A DNA stretch of 63,818 nt, filler included, from Acidimicrobiia bacterium (GTDB lineage: Bacteria > Actinomycetota > Acidimicrobiia > Spongiisociales > JAHEDJ01), in the NCBI GenBank assembly GCA_029210695.1. It is 3 parts of 3 records of this genome, joined end to end, with 100 filler letters (N's around TTAATTAATTAA, not from the genome) between each part and the next. Parts side by side here need not be neighbours in the genome. Positions count along the whole stretch, not along the records: positions 1 to 28,021 come from JARGFH010000050.1; 2 more parts are not named here. The stretch is one strand, 5' to 3'. Made by a program: the position numbers and the translations under genes. Below the pieces are notes generated by a model. It saw only the letters and a list, made by a program, of their open reading frames with translations, was not told where the DNA came from and did not search any database. Of this stretch, positions 10,045-20,166 are shown piece after piece (within the stretch, counting starts at the first letter, position 1; every line of letters begins with the position of its first letter).

Positions 10045-12398
10045 CCGATCGACCATTTGGTGCTTCGCTGAAGCGGGTCGAGGATGCGCGCCTCATCACC
10101 GGCAACGGCCGCTACACCAACAACTTCACTCAACCAGGCATGGTGCACATGGCGGTTGTCAGGTCACCATACGCCCATGCCCGGATCCTGGCCATCGATG
10201 TCGCTGAGGCGCTCGGCATGCCCGGCGTGATCGGCGTCTATACCGGTCAACAGATGCGGGACGCTGGGTTCGGAGGGATCCCCTGTGCCTGGGTGGTGCC
10301 CGACTCGGACACGAAGACGCCCGAACATCCGCCTATCGCCGTCGACACGGTCCGCTACGTCGGTGACGCAGTCGCCATGGTCGTGGCCGAAACGGAGCGG
10401 CAGGCCCGGGATGCCACCTTTGCGGTCGATGTCGACTACGACGTCCTCGAGGCCGTCACCGACGGGCACGCCGCCACCGCCGACGGAGCGCCGAAACTCC
10501 ACGACGACGTTGACAACAATGTCTGTTTCCACTGGACGGTGGCCGGTGGCGACATCGATGCTGCGTTTGCCGGGGCCGATGTGGTGGTCACCGACACGAT
10601 CATCAACCAGCGTCTGATCCCAATGGCGATGGAGCCACGGGCCTCGCTGGCACGCTGGGACGTGGCGATGGAAGAGCTGACGCTGTGGGTCACGAGCCAG
10701 AATCCGCACATCGTCCGCTTCCTGTTGTCGCTCGATACCGGCATACCCGAACACAAGATCCGGGTGATCGCCCCCGACGTCGGAGGCGGGTTTGGTTCCA
10801 AGATCCCGCACTATCCGGAAGATTCGATGGTGATCTTCGCTTCCCAGCAGACGGGCCTCCCTGTCAAATGGCACGAGAGCCGCAGTGAGAACTTCCAGGC
10901 GACCAGCCACGGACGGGACCACTACCAGGAAGTGGAGATGGCAGCCACCGCCGATGGCAAGCTCCTCGGCCTCAGAGCCAAAGTGTGGGCGAACCTGGGT
11001 GCCTACCTGTCGACAGCCTCAACGGGCGTTCCAACCATCCTGCACGGGCTGATGCTGTCCGGTGCCTACACGCTTCCTGCCGTCCACGAGGACGTCTACG
11101 GCGTGTTCACGAACACGACCCCGGTCGATGCCTATCGTGGCGCCGGCCGCCCGGAGGCGACGCTGATGGTCGAGCGGCTGATGGATCTCGTTGCCCATGA
11201 GATCGGGATGGACCCGGCCGAGTTGCGGCGCAAGAACCTCATTCCCCCGTTCACCGAGGGACACGAGGTGATCACCGGCCTCGTCTACGACACCGGTAAC
11301 TACGAACCGGCCCTCGACCAGGCCATGCAGATGGTCGACTACCCGGCCCTGCGGGCTCAGCAGGCGCAACTGCGCAAGGAGGGCAGATACATCGGCATCG
11401 GCATTGTCACGTACACCGAGATCTGCGGGCTCGGCCCCTCCGAGGTAGCCGGTGCGGTCGGCTTCGGCGGCGGGTTATGGGAGAGCGCTATCGTCCGGTT
11501 CCACCCGTCCGGCAAGGTCAACGTGATGATCGGCGTCAACCCGCACGGCCAGGGAGAAGAAACCACTTTCGCTCAGATCGTGGCCGACCAGCTCGGGTTG
11601 CCGGTCGGCGACGTTGTCATCGTGTACGGCGATACCGACCAAACGCCGATGGGCTGGGGAACGTACGGCAGCCGCACGACGCCGGTAGCCAGCGGAGCCA
11701 TCATGGGTGCGATCACGAAGATCAAGGAGAAGGGAGTCAAGATCGCGGCCCATCTTCTCGAAGCGTCGACGGAGGACATCGAATTCGCAGATGGCAAGTT
11801 CTCGGTCAAGGGGTCGCGGGACAAGTCGATGACCATTCAGGACATCGCACTGGCGGCCAACACGGCCTGGGACATGCCGGAAGGGGTTGAGCCGGGGCTC
11901 GAGGCTTCAGCGTTCTTCAATCCGTCGAACTTCGTCTACCCGTTCGGGACGCACATCGCGGTGGTGGAGGTCGATCCGGAGACCGGGGAGATCGAACTGC
12001 AGCGGTACGCGGCGGTCGACGACTGCGGACCGATTATCAACCCGATGATCGTCGAAGGCCAGATCCATGGAGGGATCGTTCAGGGCGTGGCGCAAGTCCT
12101 GTGGGAGGGGGCAGGTTACGACGAGGACGGGAATCTCGTCACCGGCTCCCTAATGGACTACGCCATTCCCAAGGCCAGTTTCTTCCCGCCGTTTGAACTC
12201 GGTAAGACCGAAACGCCGACGCCGGTCAACCCGCTCGGAGTGAAAGGTGTCGGGGAAACGGGAACGATCGGCTCGACGCCGACCGTCTACAACGCCGTGA
12301 TCGATGCGCTCCTCCCGCTGGGTGTGAACAAGGTCGACATGCCGATGACCCCGGAGCGGGTCTGGCGGGCAATACGCGACGCGGAGGGAGGTCTCTGA
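10041..12398 (+). CDS. coxL: Molybdenum hydroxylase large subunit, form II CoxL-like (not form I CO dehydrogenase)
   Basis: DVGGGFGSK, active-site loop AYRGAGRPEA, HGQGEET, GTYGSR, GQIHGG and GVKGVGETG. Confidence 0.9.
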   Translation: MTDRPFGASLKRVEDARLITGNGRYTNNFTQPGMVHMAVVRSPYAHARILAIDVAEALGMPGVIGVYTGQQMRDAGFGGIPCAWVVPDSDTKTPEHPPIAVDTVRYVGDAVAMVVAETERQARDATFAVDVDYDVLEAVTDGHAATADGAPKLHDDVDNNVCFHWTVAGGDIDAAFAGADVVVTDTIINQRLIPMAMEPRASLARWDVAMEELTLWVTSQNPHIVRFLLSLDTGIPEHKIRVIAPDVGGGFGSKIPHYPEDSMVIFASQQTGLPVKWHESRSENFQATSHGRDHYQEVEMAATADGKLLGLRAKVWANLGAYLSTASTGVPTILHGLMLSGAYTLPAVHEDVYGVFTNTTPVDAYRGAGRPEATLMVERLMDLVAHEIGMDPAELRRKNLIPPFTEGHEVITGLVYDTGNYEPALDQAMQMVDYPALRAQQAQLRKEGRYIGIGIVTYTEICGLGPSEVAGAVGFGGGLWESAIVRFHPSGKVNVMIGVNPHGQGEETTFAQIVADQLGLPVGDVVIVYGDTDQTPMGWGTYGSRTTPVASGAIMGAITKIKEKGVKIAAHLLEASTEDIEFADGKFSVKGSRDKSMTIQDIALAANTAWDMPEGVEPGLEASAFFNPSNFVYPFGTHIAVVEVDPETGEIELQRYAAVDDCGPIINPMIVEGQIHGGIVQGVAQVLWEGAGYDEDGNLVTGSLMDYAIPKASFFPPFELGKTETPTPVNPLGVKGVGETGTIGSTPTVYNAVIDALLPLGVNKVDMPMTPERVWRAIRDAEGGL

Positions 12399-13255
12399 TG
12401 CATCCCGCACCTTTTGACTATCAGCGACCGGTCACCCTGGACGAGGCGTTCAGTCTCCTCGGCGCAGAGGGCGCTCGCCCCCTGGCGGGCGGCCACAGTC
12501 TCCTTCCGGCGATGAAGTTGCGGGTCAGCAACCCGGCAACACTGGTCGACATCAGCCGGATCCCCGGTCTGGATGCCATCGAGCAGAACGGCGGCGGCCT
12601 GACCATCGGCGCGCTCGCCACCCATGAAGTGGTGGCCGCCTCGACGGTGGTCGCCACTCATTGCCGGATTCTCGCCGAGACGGCCGCCCACATCGGCGAT
12701 GCGCAGGTGCGAGCGCGCGGCACGATGGGGGGCAGCATTGCCCACGCCGACCCGGCCGCCGACTATCCCACGACGCTGCTGGCGTTGGGGGCGACGGTCA
12801 ACACGGCTTCAGTGGCCGGTACCAGACAGGTCGCGATTGGTGACTTCTTCGTCGACATCTTCACTACGGCTCTCGAGCTCGGTGAGCTGATCACGTCGGT
12901 TACCATCCCGTCCTTGCCGGCCGGAACCGGCGGTGTCTACCTCAAGCACCGTCATCCCGCTTCGAGCTATGCCGTGGTTGGTATTGCCGCCATCGTGATG
13001 ATGGAGGGCGGTTCGATCACCGGTGCGCGTCTCGCCGTCGGGGGAGTGGCGGGCAAGCCTGTTGCCGTCGACGTGTCCGCCTTGACCGGTCAGGCACCGT
13101 CACCCGAGGTGTTCGCATCAGCCGCCGGCGCGGTAGCCGGGGCACTCGGCAACCCGATCGGAGACCTCTACGCCTCCGGGGAGTATCGGGTCCACCTGGC
13201 CGGCGTCCTGGCCCGACGAGCACTGGCAGCCGCAGCCGAGCGTACCGCCGGTTGA
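12398..13255 (+). CDS. coxM: Molybdenum hydroxylase FAD-binding medium subunit (CoxM/CutM)
   Basis: PAPFDYQRP, LAGGHSLLPAMKLR, QVRARGTMGGSIAHADPAAD and ASGEYRVHLA. Confidence 0.95.
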   Translation: MHPAPFDYQRPVTLDEAFSLLGAEGARPLAGGHSLLPAMKLRVSNPATLVDISRIPGLDAIEQNGGGLTIGALATHEVVAASTVVATHCRILAETAAHIGDAQVRARGTMGGSIAHADPAADYPTTLLALGATVNTASVAGTRQVAIGDFFVDIFTTALELGELITSVTIPSLPAGTGGVYLKHRHPASSYAVVGIAAIVMMEGGSITGARLAVGGVAGKPVAVDVSALTGQAPSPEVFASAAGAVAGALGNPIGDLYASGEYRVHLAGVLARRALAAAAERTAG

Positions 13256-13262
13256 GTCGACA

Positions 13263-13302
13263 TACCCGGAGTGGGTCGGCACGCCCCCTCCCACTCCGGG
13301 TA
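13263..13302. terminator. GC-rich hairpin between coxM and coxD
   Basis: TACCCGGAGTGGG...CCCACTCCGGGTA perfect 13-bp inverted repeat. Confidence 0.55.
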
Positions 13303-13313
13303 CGCTCCGAACC

Positions 13314-14198
13314 GTGATCCCTTCATCAGTCGATCAGGTCAGCGAGGCATTTACTTCTCGTGACTACATCGCCGATCGCAGCCTGGCGGTGACGGTGCAC
13401 CTCGCGCTGGAGCTTGGACGTCCGCTGTTCCTCGAAGGCGAAGCGGGCGTCGGCAAGACAGAGGTCGCCAAGGTCCTGGCCGCCGTGCTCGATGAACCCC
13501 TCATCCGCCTCCAGTGCTACGAAGGTCTGGATGCCAACCATGCCCTTTACGAGTGGGATTATGCCCGCCAGATGCTGGCCATCCGTTTGCTCGAGGTAAA
13601 GGGGGAGGGGGCCAAGGCGGACGTAGCCGACATCATGAGCCGGGAATACCTGGTGGCGAGACCACTCTTGCAGGCAGTCGAAGCGGCCGCCACGGGCAGG
13701 CGACCGGTGCTGCTGATCGACGAGCTCGATCGGGCCGATGAGGAGTTCGAGGCCTATCTGCTCGAGTTCCTCTCCGACTTCCAGGTGACCATTCCTGAGA
13801 TCGGCACCATCCGGGCTGCAACGGCGCCGGTGGTCGTGGTGACCTCTAACCGGACACGGGAGATTCACGACGCTCTCAAACGCCGGTGCATCTACCACTG
13901 GATCGACTACCCGACCTTCGAGCGCGAGACTGCGATCGTCCATCGCAAGATCCCGGGTATCAGCGCGGAACTGGCCGCTGAGTTGGCCCGGGCGATGGAA
14001 CGGCTCCGCACCATGGACCTGTTCAAACCGCCCGGGGTTGCGGAGACGCTCGACTGGGCGGCATCACTCGCCGTGCTCGGGTCGGCCCGTCTTTCTCCAG
14101 AAGTCGCCGACTCCACGCTGGGTGTCATTCTCAAGTACCAGGAGGACATCGAACGGGTGCGGACGACGGGCGTCGAGAGGTTGCTCACGGCCGGATGA
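13314..14198 (+). CDS. coxD: MoxR family AAA+ ATPase (CoxD)
   Basis: EGEAGVGKT, RLQCYEGLD, LLIDELDRADEEFEA and TSNRTREIHDALKRRC. Confidence 0.92.
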   Translation: MIPSSVDQVSEAFTSRDYIADRSLAVTVHLALELGRPLFLEGEAGVGKTEVAKVLAAVLDEPLIRLQCYEGLDANHALYEWDYARQMLAIRLLEVKGEGAKADVADIMSREYLVARPLLQAVEAAATGRRPVLLIDELDRADEEFEAYLLEFLSDFQVTIPEIGTIRAATAPVVVVTSNRTREIHDALKRRCIYHWIDYPTFERETAIVHRKIPGISAELAAELARAMERLRTMDLFKPPGVAETLDWAASLAVLGSARLSPEVADSTLGVILKYQEDIERVRTTGVERLLTAG

Positions 14199-15418
14199 AC
14201 GCCTCGCCCCCCACCGAGCCGTTCACCGATAACCTCGTTCACTTCGCCCGGTACCTCCGTACCCGAGGCTTGCCCGTCACGTCCGAGACGGCCGCCGATC
14301 TCCTCCGAGCGGCCCTGATCGTCGGACTCGACAACCCGGAGGACGCCTTTCATGCCCTGCGGGCCGTCACGATCACCCGCCCGGACCATCAGTTGGTCTT
14401 CAATGAAGCGTGGGAGCTGTTCTTCGGATCGGGCCGCTCTCCACGAGCCCCGAAACTAGACACGATCGAGTTCCAGACCTGGCGCCGAAACCCGACCCTG
14501 CGGGTGATCGCCCCGACCTCAGCTGAAGCGAGTGACGATGACGCGGCGGAGCCGAAGGAGGTGGCAGAGCAGATGGGCGGTTCCTACTCGGAACGGCTCG
14601 CCGGCAAGGATTTCACCGAGCTGACCCCGGAGGAGCAGGAAGAGGTCCGGCGGATCATGGCCCGCATGATCTGGCAGCCCGCCGAGACGCTGGGACGACG
14701 GTGGGAGCCGGCCCGGTCTGGATACAGGCCCGATCTGCGGCGCACCCTTCGGAACCTCGTAGGGAGCAAGGCCGATCTTCTGCCGCTCGCCTTCGTCGCG
14801 CCCCGCCCTCGCCGCCGTCCATTGCTGGTAGTTGCGGACGTGTCCGGCTCGATGGAGCGCTACGTCGAGATGCTCCTCTATTTCATCCACGCCGCCCGTG
14901 GGAAGCTGGGCCGTCTGGAGGCGTTCGTTTTCGCCACTCATCTGACCCGGATAACCCGACAAGTTCGGCACCGCGATCCGCGCATTGCCCTGTCACAGAT
15001 CTCGGCGGCTGTGAACGACTGGTCGGGTGGAACGAGGATCGGGGAGTCGCTCGAAACCTTCAATCGGGAGTGGAGCCGCCGGGTGGTGCGGGGCGGGCCG
15101 ATTGCGTTGATCATTTCGGACGGCTGGGACCGGGGTGACCCGGACGTGCTGCGGAAGCAGATGGGCATCTTCAGCCGGAGTGTGCACCGGGTGATCTGGC
15201 TCAACCCACTCGCCGGCCGGCCCGGATTCGCCCCGGAAACACGTGGCATGCAGGCCGCCCTGCCGTTCGTCGACGACTTCCTCCCCGCCGCAAACCTGCG
15301 CGATCTGCGAGAAGTGATCCGGACACTCGAGTCGGTGCCGGGCCACCGGCGTCCGCGCCCCGTCGGTGGCGACGCTCACGGTTCCCCTCCGTTTTCGCGC
15401 GGGATTCCCACCTCATAG
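14195..15418 (+). CDS. coxE: vWA domain protein (CoxE)
   Basis: DVSGSM MIDAS motif, DWSGGTRIG, ISDGWDRG and IWLNPL; the stop codon lies inside a palindromic element. Confidence 0.9.
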   Translation: MNASPPTEPFTDNLVHFARYLRTRGLPVTSETAADLLRAALIVGLDNPEDAFHALRAVTITRPDHQLVFNEAWELFFGSGRSPRAPKLDTIEFQTWRRNPTLRVIAPTSAEASDDDAAEPKEVAEQMGGSYSERLAGKDFTELTPEEQEEVRRIMARMIWQPAETLGRRWEPARSGYRPDLRRTLRNLVGSKADLLPLAFVAPRPRRRPLLVVADVSGSMERYVEMLLYFIHAARGKLGRLEAFVFATHLTRITRQVRHRDPRIALSQISAAVNDWSGGTRIGESLETFNREWSRRVVRGGPIALIISDGWDRGDPDVLRKQMGIFSRSVHRVIWLNPLAGRPGFAPETRGMQAALPFVDDFLPAANLRDLREVIRTLESVPGHRRPRPVGGDAHGSPPFSRGIPTS

Positions 15419-15440
15419 GGGGAGATCCCCGCGCGAAAAC
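15391..15440. repeat. 50-nt palindromic REP/MITE-like element, type A copy 1
   Basis: GTTTTCGCGCGGG...CCCGCGCGAAAAC between convergent coxE and the HAD gene. Confidence 0.85.
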
Positions 15441-15454
15441 GGGTTTTGTCCTGG

Positions 15455-16123
15455 TCAGTCTTGGGTGAGCAGGCTCTGGGCCACTTCGGCCACGTCGGCG
15501 CCAACCAGATCAGGCGCCGGGTATGCCGAGGCGAAATCCTGACCGGGTCGGTCGACGAACGCTCCCTTGTACCCGACGCGCATCGCCCCGGCGATGTCCC
15601 AGTCGTGGGCCGCAACCATCCACAACCGGGTCGGGCCGATACCGAGTTCGTCAGCCGCCATCTCGTAGGGAGCCGGGTGCGGTTTGAAGCGTCTGGTTGG
15701 ATCCACCGACATGACCCGTTCAAAACGGTCGATCAGCCCGGCGTTGGTCAGTTGCGCCTCGGCCGTCGCCGGAGGTGAGTTGGTGAGCGCCACCAACCGG
15801 ACTCCGCCGGTTCGCAGCAGATCGAGGGCGGCCGGGACCTCCGGATGGGCAGGGAGGTGAGTGATTTGTCCCACTACAGACGAGCGGGCCTCGTCATCGA
15901 GAACGACGCCGCGCCGGCCGGCGACGAGGTCCAAAGCTTCACCCGCCAGCACTTTGAAGTTCAGGTAGGAGTCGGTGAGTGTGACGACGAGCGCTAGCTG
16001 GATCAACTGCGCGAACCACTCGCGGCGCACCGGGCCTTCACCGAGGATCCGCTGCAGGGGGGCGTCGAGTACAGAGAGATCGAGCAGGGTTTCATTCACA
16101 TCGAAAACGACAACTGGCGGCAT
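15455..16123 (-). CDS. Haloacid dehalogenase type II (HAD superfamily)
   Basis: VFDVNETLLD, ALTNS, FKPHPAPY and MVAAHDWDIAGA. Confidence 0.92.
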   Translation of the reverse strand: MPPVVVFDVNETLLDLSVLDAPLQRILGEGPVRREWFAQLIQLALVVTLTDSYLNFKVLAGEALDLVAGRRGVVLDDEARSSVVGQITHLPAHPEVPAALDLLRTGGVRLVALTNSPPATAEAQLTNAGLIDRFERVMSVDPTRRFKPHPAPYEMAADELGIGPTRLWMVAAHDWDIAGAMRVGYKGAFVDRPGQDFASAYPAPDLVGADVAEVAQSLLTQD

Positions 16124-16233
16124 CGGTGACTTCCCTTGCTGAGTGAATTGCCAACGCTACTTCGTCGAGTTGGGTCCCTCCCGAATATGTCGACGGGTAG
16201 CTTGGAAGCAATAGTCTGACGACGGATCGACCG

Positions 16234-17253
16234 GTGCAACAAGAAATCACCAAAGCCTCGCCGCTTCTCGCCGACGACGGGCGTCTGAGTCAGGTCGGAT
16301 GGGCCAGGCAGCCGCTCCTCGACTGCAACCTCGAGCAGTCCCGGGTCTACCGGTTGCGCCCGTTGCAGCGACTCCGGATCAAACGCTGGGACTATTACGG
16401 CGTTACCTTTCCTGGTGGATACTTCTCGGCCACCATCGCCCACCTCGGGTATGCCGGACAGATCTTCATCTATCTCGTCGACTTCGCAGCTGCCACGTTT
16501 CGCGAGGCAACCATCACAATTCCTCTGGGGCGGGGTGTCGAACTCGCCCGCAACAGCGATCAGGGAACGAGCAGCTATCGCGGAAAGAAGGCGAAACTCG
16601 AGTTCGCTACCGACGGGGATACCCGGGCCGTGCACGTCGACTGGTCGGGGTTCGGTGGAGAGCGGCTCGTCGCCGACTTGTACTATCAGCAGCCCCCGGA
16701 ATCGACCGTGGTGGCCATACCGATCGGCGAGCGGCGTTTCTACTACAACCGGAAGATCAACTGCATGCCGGTCAAGGGGGCGCTAACCGTCGGCAATACG
16801 GCGTACCCGATTGAACCAGACACCAGCTCCGGCAACCTCGACTGGGGGAGAGGAGTGTGGGACTACGACTCGTTCTGGGTGTGGGCCAGCGCCTCAGGGT
16901 TCCTCGACGATGGCCGCCGCATCGGATTGAACATGGGCTATGGGTTCGGGGATACCTCCGCCGCAACGGAGAACACCGTGCTGCTGGACGGTCGGACCCA
17001 CAAGCTGGAGGGAGTCGACTTCGCATACGATGATCGGAACTTCATGCGGCCGTGGCGGATGCGCTCCGATCGCGTTGATCTCGAATTCACGCCGTTTCTC
17101 GATCGGTTCGCACACACCAACCTGCTCATCATCAGGTCGGGTGTACACCAGATGTTCGGACGCTACGCGGGGACCGTCGTGATCGACGGCGGCGAAGAGC
17201 TCCGAATTCGTGATCTCGTCGGCTGGGCCGAGGAGCACCACGCCCGCTGGTGA
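16234..17253 (+). CDS. DUF2804 family protein
   Basis: GWARQP, RIKRWDYY, LDWGRGVW, WVWASASG, TENTV and EEHHARW. Confidence 0.85.
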   Translation: MQQEITKASPLLADDGRLSQVGWARQPLLDCNLEQSRVYRLRPLQRLRIKRWDYYGVTFPGGYFSATIAHLGYAGQIFIYLVDFAAATFREATITIPLGRGVELARNSDQGTSSYRGKKAKLEFATDGDTRAVHVDWSGFGGERLVADLYYQQPPESTVVAIPIGERRFYYNRKINCMPVKGALTVGNTAYPIEPDTSSGNLDWGRGVWDYDSFWVWASASGFLDDGRRIGLNMGYGFGDTSAATENTVLLDGRTHKLEGVDFAYDDRNFMRPWRMRSDRVDLEFTPFLDRFAHTNLLIIRSGVHQMFGRYAGTVVIDGGEELRIRDLVGWAEEHHARW

Positions 17254-17266
17254 GCCGGGTCGGGTT

Positions 17267-18670
17267 CTACGGTGACCACATGTCGACGGTCAGCCCCACG
17301 ATGACGGGAGAACCGTTCTCATAGTCGATCGACACGTACCAGGTGGTCCAGTCGAGTCCGCCGTAGTCGGGGTTGTCGCCGGAGTCGTGCACCCCGATGT
17401 AGTTGAACGATGCGAACTCCAGTGGGATGGCGAAGTCGGGCAGCCGGCTGTTGCCTGCCTCGATCGGGTCGTTCACCGTCGTGATGGTGTCCGGGTCGTC
17501 GTAGGCGGACAGGAAACTGTCGGCTACTGCCTCGGCGAAGGTACGGCCGGGGATCTGCTGGAACTCGGGGTCGTCCTGCGAAAGTGCGTTGGACGGCCAC
17601 TTGTACGTCGTGGTGGACGTGAGGATCGACCCGAGTTCGTCCGAGGGGAATCGGATGGGTGCCGCGTTGTATGCGACGTAGAGCCCGCGGCTAGACGTCA
17701 CGGCCCGAAGATCGCCGTCTGCGGCGATGATCCGGGCGAACTCGTCCAACAGCTGCGGGACCCTCACATCGTCTTCGAAATCGGCGGCGGTCACGACTGC
17801 GGCCAGGTACCGATCGTTGACCCAGAACCCACCGACCGGCGTTTCGATCTGCGCCCACACGGATGATCCGCTGATCTCCTCGGGCCCGGTCCGTTCGACG
17901 ACAACACCCGGCAGCAGCATTCCGACAATTGGTGCCGCCACGGTCGGATCCTGACGGACGTTCAGCACGTCATCTGCCGCGACGAGGGTGACGCGGCCCA
18001 GCTTGGAGGCCGGAACACCGGTGGTGTCCGGCAGGTCGTTCTGTGTCCAGGGTGCGGCGGCGGTGGTGTCGGGCCCCGGCTCGATCGGGAGGATCGTGGC
18101 GTAGTCGTGACGACCAACCGGACTCTCGAGCAACACGCCCTCGCCGGAGAACACGGTTACCGGTTCTCCATCGAGCCGGAAGTTCACCCTGCCGATGGTT
18201 TCGAACTGGGTGAGCGTATAGACAACCTGGGCGAGTCTGCTGAGGATGTTGAACGAACCACCGCCGACCTCGAACTCGCGGGAAAGGTCGATCGTCGCCA
18301 GTCCGTCTTCGATCGTGAGACCGAGGAGGAGCGTGTCGGCGGGAACGGCGGTCGACAGCTCTGTGTCCTGTTCGGCCGGTGTCGGTCCTTCTATCAACGC
18401 ACGGATCGCATTGGCAGCGACGTCCGGCGTTTCAACGGCACGAATCACCGACTTGGCCGAGAGGCCTTCTTTGATGAAGAACAACTCAACAAAAAGCTGA
18501 TCGGAAGGCTCGCCCGGCTCATCGGAGGGCGGCTGGGTGGTCGGAACGGTGCCGGGCACCGTCGTATCGGAGGGAACGAAAGGGACCGAGCCGGCATCGC
18601 CGATGTTTCCGGCCCCGCAGCCGGCGGCGATCAGTGCCAGCACGCTGATGGTGACGATGATGCGCTTCAT
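17267..18670 (-). CDS. Lipoprotein with GerMN domain plus SH3-like domain
   Basis: Lipobox IAAGC; GerMN motifs ALIEGPT, ATIDLSREF and LAQVVYTLTQF; SH3b-like DVLNVRQDP. Confidence 0.8.
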   Translation of the reverse strand: MKRIIVTISVLALIAAGCGAGNIGDAGSVPFVPSDTTVPGTVPTTQPPSDEPGEPSDQLFVELFFIKEGLSAKSVIRAVETPDVAANAIRALIEGPTPAEQDTELSTAVPADTLLLGLTIEDGLATIDLSREFEVGGGSFNILSRLAQVVYTLTQFETIGRVNFRLDGEPVTVFSGEGVLLESPVGRHDYATILPIEPGPDTTAAAPWTQNDLPDTTGVPASKLGRVTLVAADDVLNVRQDPTVAAPIVGMLLPGVVVERTGPEEISGSSVWAQIETPVGGFWVNDRYLAAVVTAADFEDDVRVPQLLDEFARIIAADGDLRAVTSSRGLYVAYNAAPIRFPSDELGSILTSTTTYKWPSNALSQDDPEFQQIPGRTFAEAVADSFLSAYDDPDTITTVNDPIEAGNSRLPDFAIPLEFASFNYIGVHDSGDNPDYGGLDWTTWYVSIDYENGSPVIVGLTVDMWSP

Positions 18671-20166
18671 GGTGTGCTCCTGCTGTGTTGCTCTTGCTCG
18701 TCCTCAGGTTGCACGGTCGATTTCTCGGCACCGTCACCGGGGTGTAACGATTCGGTCACAGGCAGGCGCACCGCGAATACCAGTCCCTGCCGGCGTCCGG
18801 CCCGTACCGTCAGGTCTCCGCCCAGCCGCTCGGCATGCTGGCGGGCGATGGCGAGGCCAAGCCCGGATCCACCCCGGCGAGCCGAATCCGTCTTGAAGAA
18901 CCGATCGAACAGATGCGGCATATCGCCAGCATCCACTCCGGGGCCTTCGTCGGCGACTTCGATCATGAGCTCACCCCCTTCGACGCCGGCCCTGACGGTG
19001 ACGGGAGCATCCGGAGCATGACTGCGGGCATTGTCGAGCAGATTTCCGACGATGCGCTCCAGGGAGCGCCGGTCGGAGCGGATCGGCCCGATCGAACCGG
19101 TAATCACCAGCTCGGCAGCCGGATGCCGGTCCTCGATCACCGCATCCAGGAACCGCGGCAGATCGACGTCGGCCGTATCGGGTGCAGATGGGGCCGAATC
19201 GAGGCGGGACACTTCGAGGAGGTCCTCCACCAGAGTGCGAAGCCGGGCGACATCGCCCACCAGCATTGCTCCCACCCGCCTGTCGGTGTCCGGCAGGTCG
19301 TCGAGTCGGCTCTCCAACATGGCAGCTTCGTTGACGAGCGCGGTCAGTGGGGTTCGGAGCTCGTGGGAGACATCCGCCACGAACCGACGCTCGCGATCGT
19401 GGGCGCGAACGAGCGCACTGATCTGATCCTCGAGCGAAGCAGCCATCTGGTTGAAGGCGACGGCCAGGCGGCCGAGCTCGTCGTGGGTTTCGGCCGGGAG
19501 CCGGACGGTCAGGTCACCCTCCGCCATCAAACCGGCGGCTTGGCCGGCGATCGCCACCGGTCGGAGGACGCGCCGGGCAATCAACCCGGCGCCCAGAGCC
19601 CCGAGGACCAGAATCCCCGCACCGGCCAATGCCAGGACCCTGGCCAGCTGCGCCAGGGCATTATCAACCTCGGCGGCCGAGAAGAAGAAGAAGAAGTCGG
19701 GACCGGACGGTGGCCGGCTGCCGCCGACGACCAGCGTTGGATTTTCATCCACCGTCAGGAACTCATAGCCGAACGCGCCTCGTGCAACGATGCCGCGCAG
19801 TTCGGTGGAGAGAAGATCATCGGCGGCCAGGAGGCCGAGCGACGAGGCAAATACTTCGCCGTTGGGGAAGTCGACGATCACGCCACCGCTGCCGCGCAGC
19901 AGGAAACGATCGACGAGGCCGCTCTCCTCGAATGCTGCACGTCCGGCGTTGGCGGGAAGCTGGTCCCCGGTGGCCAGAACGGTGATATTGAATTCTGCCC
20001 TGGCAACGGCGTCATCGACGAGCTGGGCACGGAGCGAGGTGCGCACGAGGACGTATGACGCTACTGCGACGAATCCCGCCGTCACGGCGATGAGGGCGAT
20101 CACCGTGGCAATCAACCGGGCCCGAAAGCTGCGGAACATCTCAGCGACTCGCCCGGTAGCCGACAC
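18667..20166 (-). CDS. HAMP-domain sensor histidine kinase (MtrB-like)
   Basis: Two TM helices, HAMP DELGRLAVAFNQMA, H-box DVSHELRTPL, N-box NLLDNA, DEGPG and GSGLGL. Confidence 0.93.
   Translation of the reverse strand: MSATGRVAEMFRSFRARLIATVIALIAVTAGFVAVASYVLVRTSLRAQLVDDAVARAEFNITVLATGDQLPANAGRAAFEESGLVDRFLLRGSGGVIVDFPNGEVFASSLGLLAADDLLSTELRGIVARGAFGYEFLTVDENPTLVVGGSRPPSGPDFFFFFSAAEVDNALAQLARVLALAGAGILVLGALGAGLIARRVLRPVAIAGQAAGLMAEGDLTVRLPAETHDELGRLAVAFNQMAASLEDQISALVRAHDRERRFVADVSHELRTPLTALVNEAAMLESRLDDLPDTDRRVGAMLVGDVARLRTLVEDLLEVSRLDSAPSAPDTADVDLPRFLDAVIEDRHPAAELVITGSIGPIRSDRRSLERIVGNLLDNARSHAPDAPVTVRAGVEGGELMIEVADEGPGVDAGDMPHLFDRFFKTDSARRGGSGLGLAIARQHAERLGGDLTVRAGRRQGLVFAVRLPVTESLHPGDGAEKSTVQPEDEQEQHSRSTP

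Noticed and set aside
10041..12398. True aerobic CO dehydrogenase (form I)
   Set aside because: It lacks AYXCSFR and has form II gene order.
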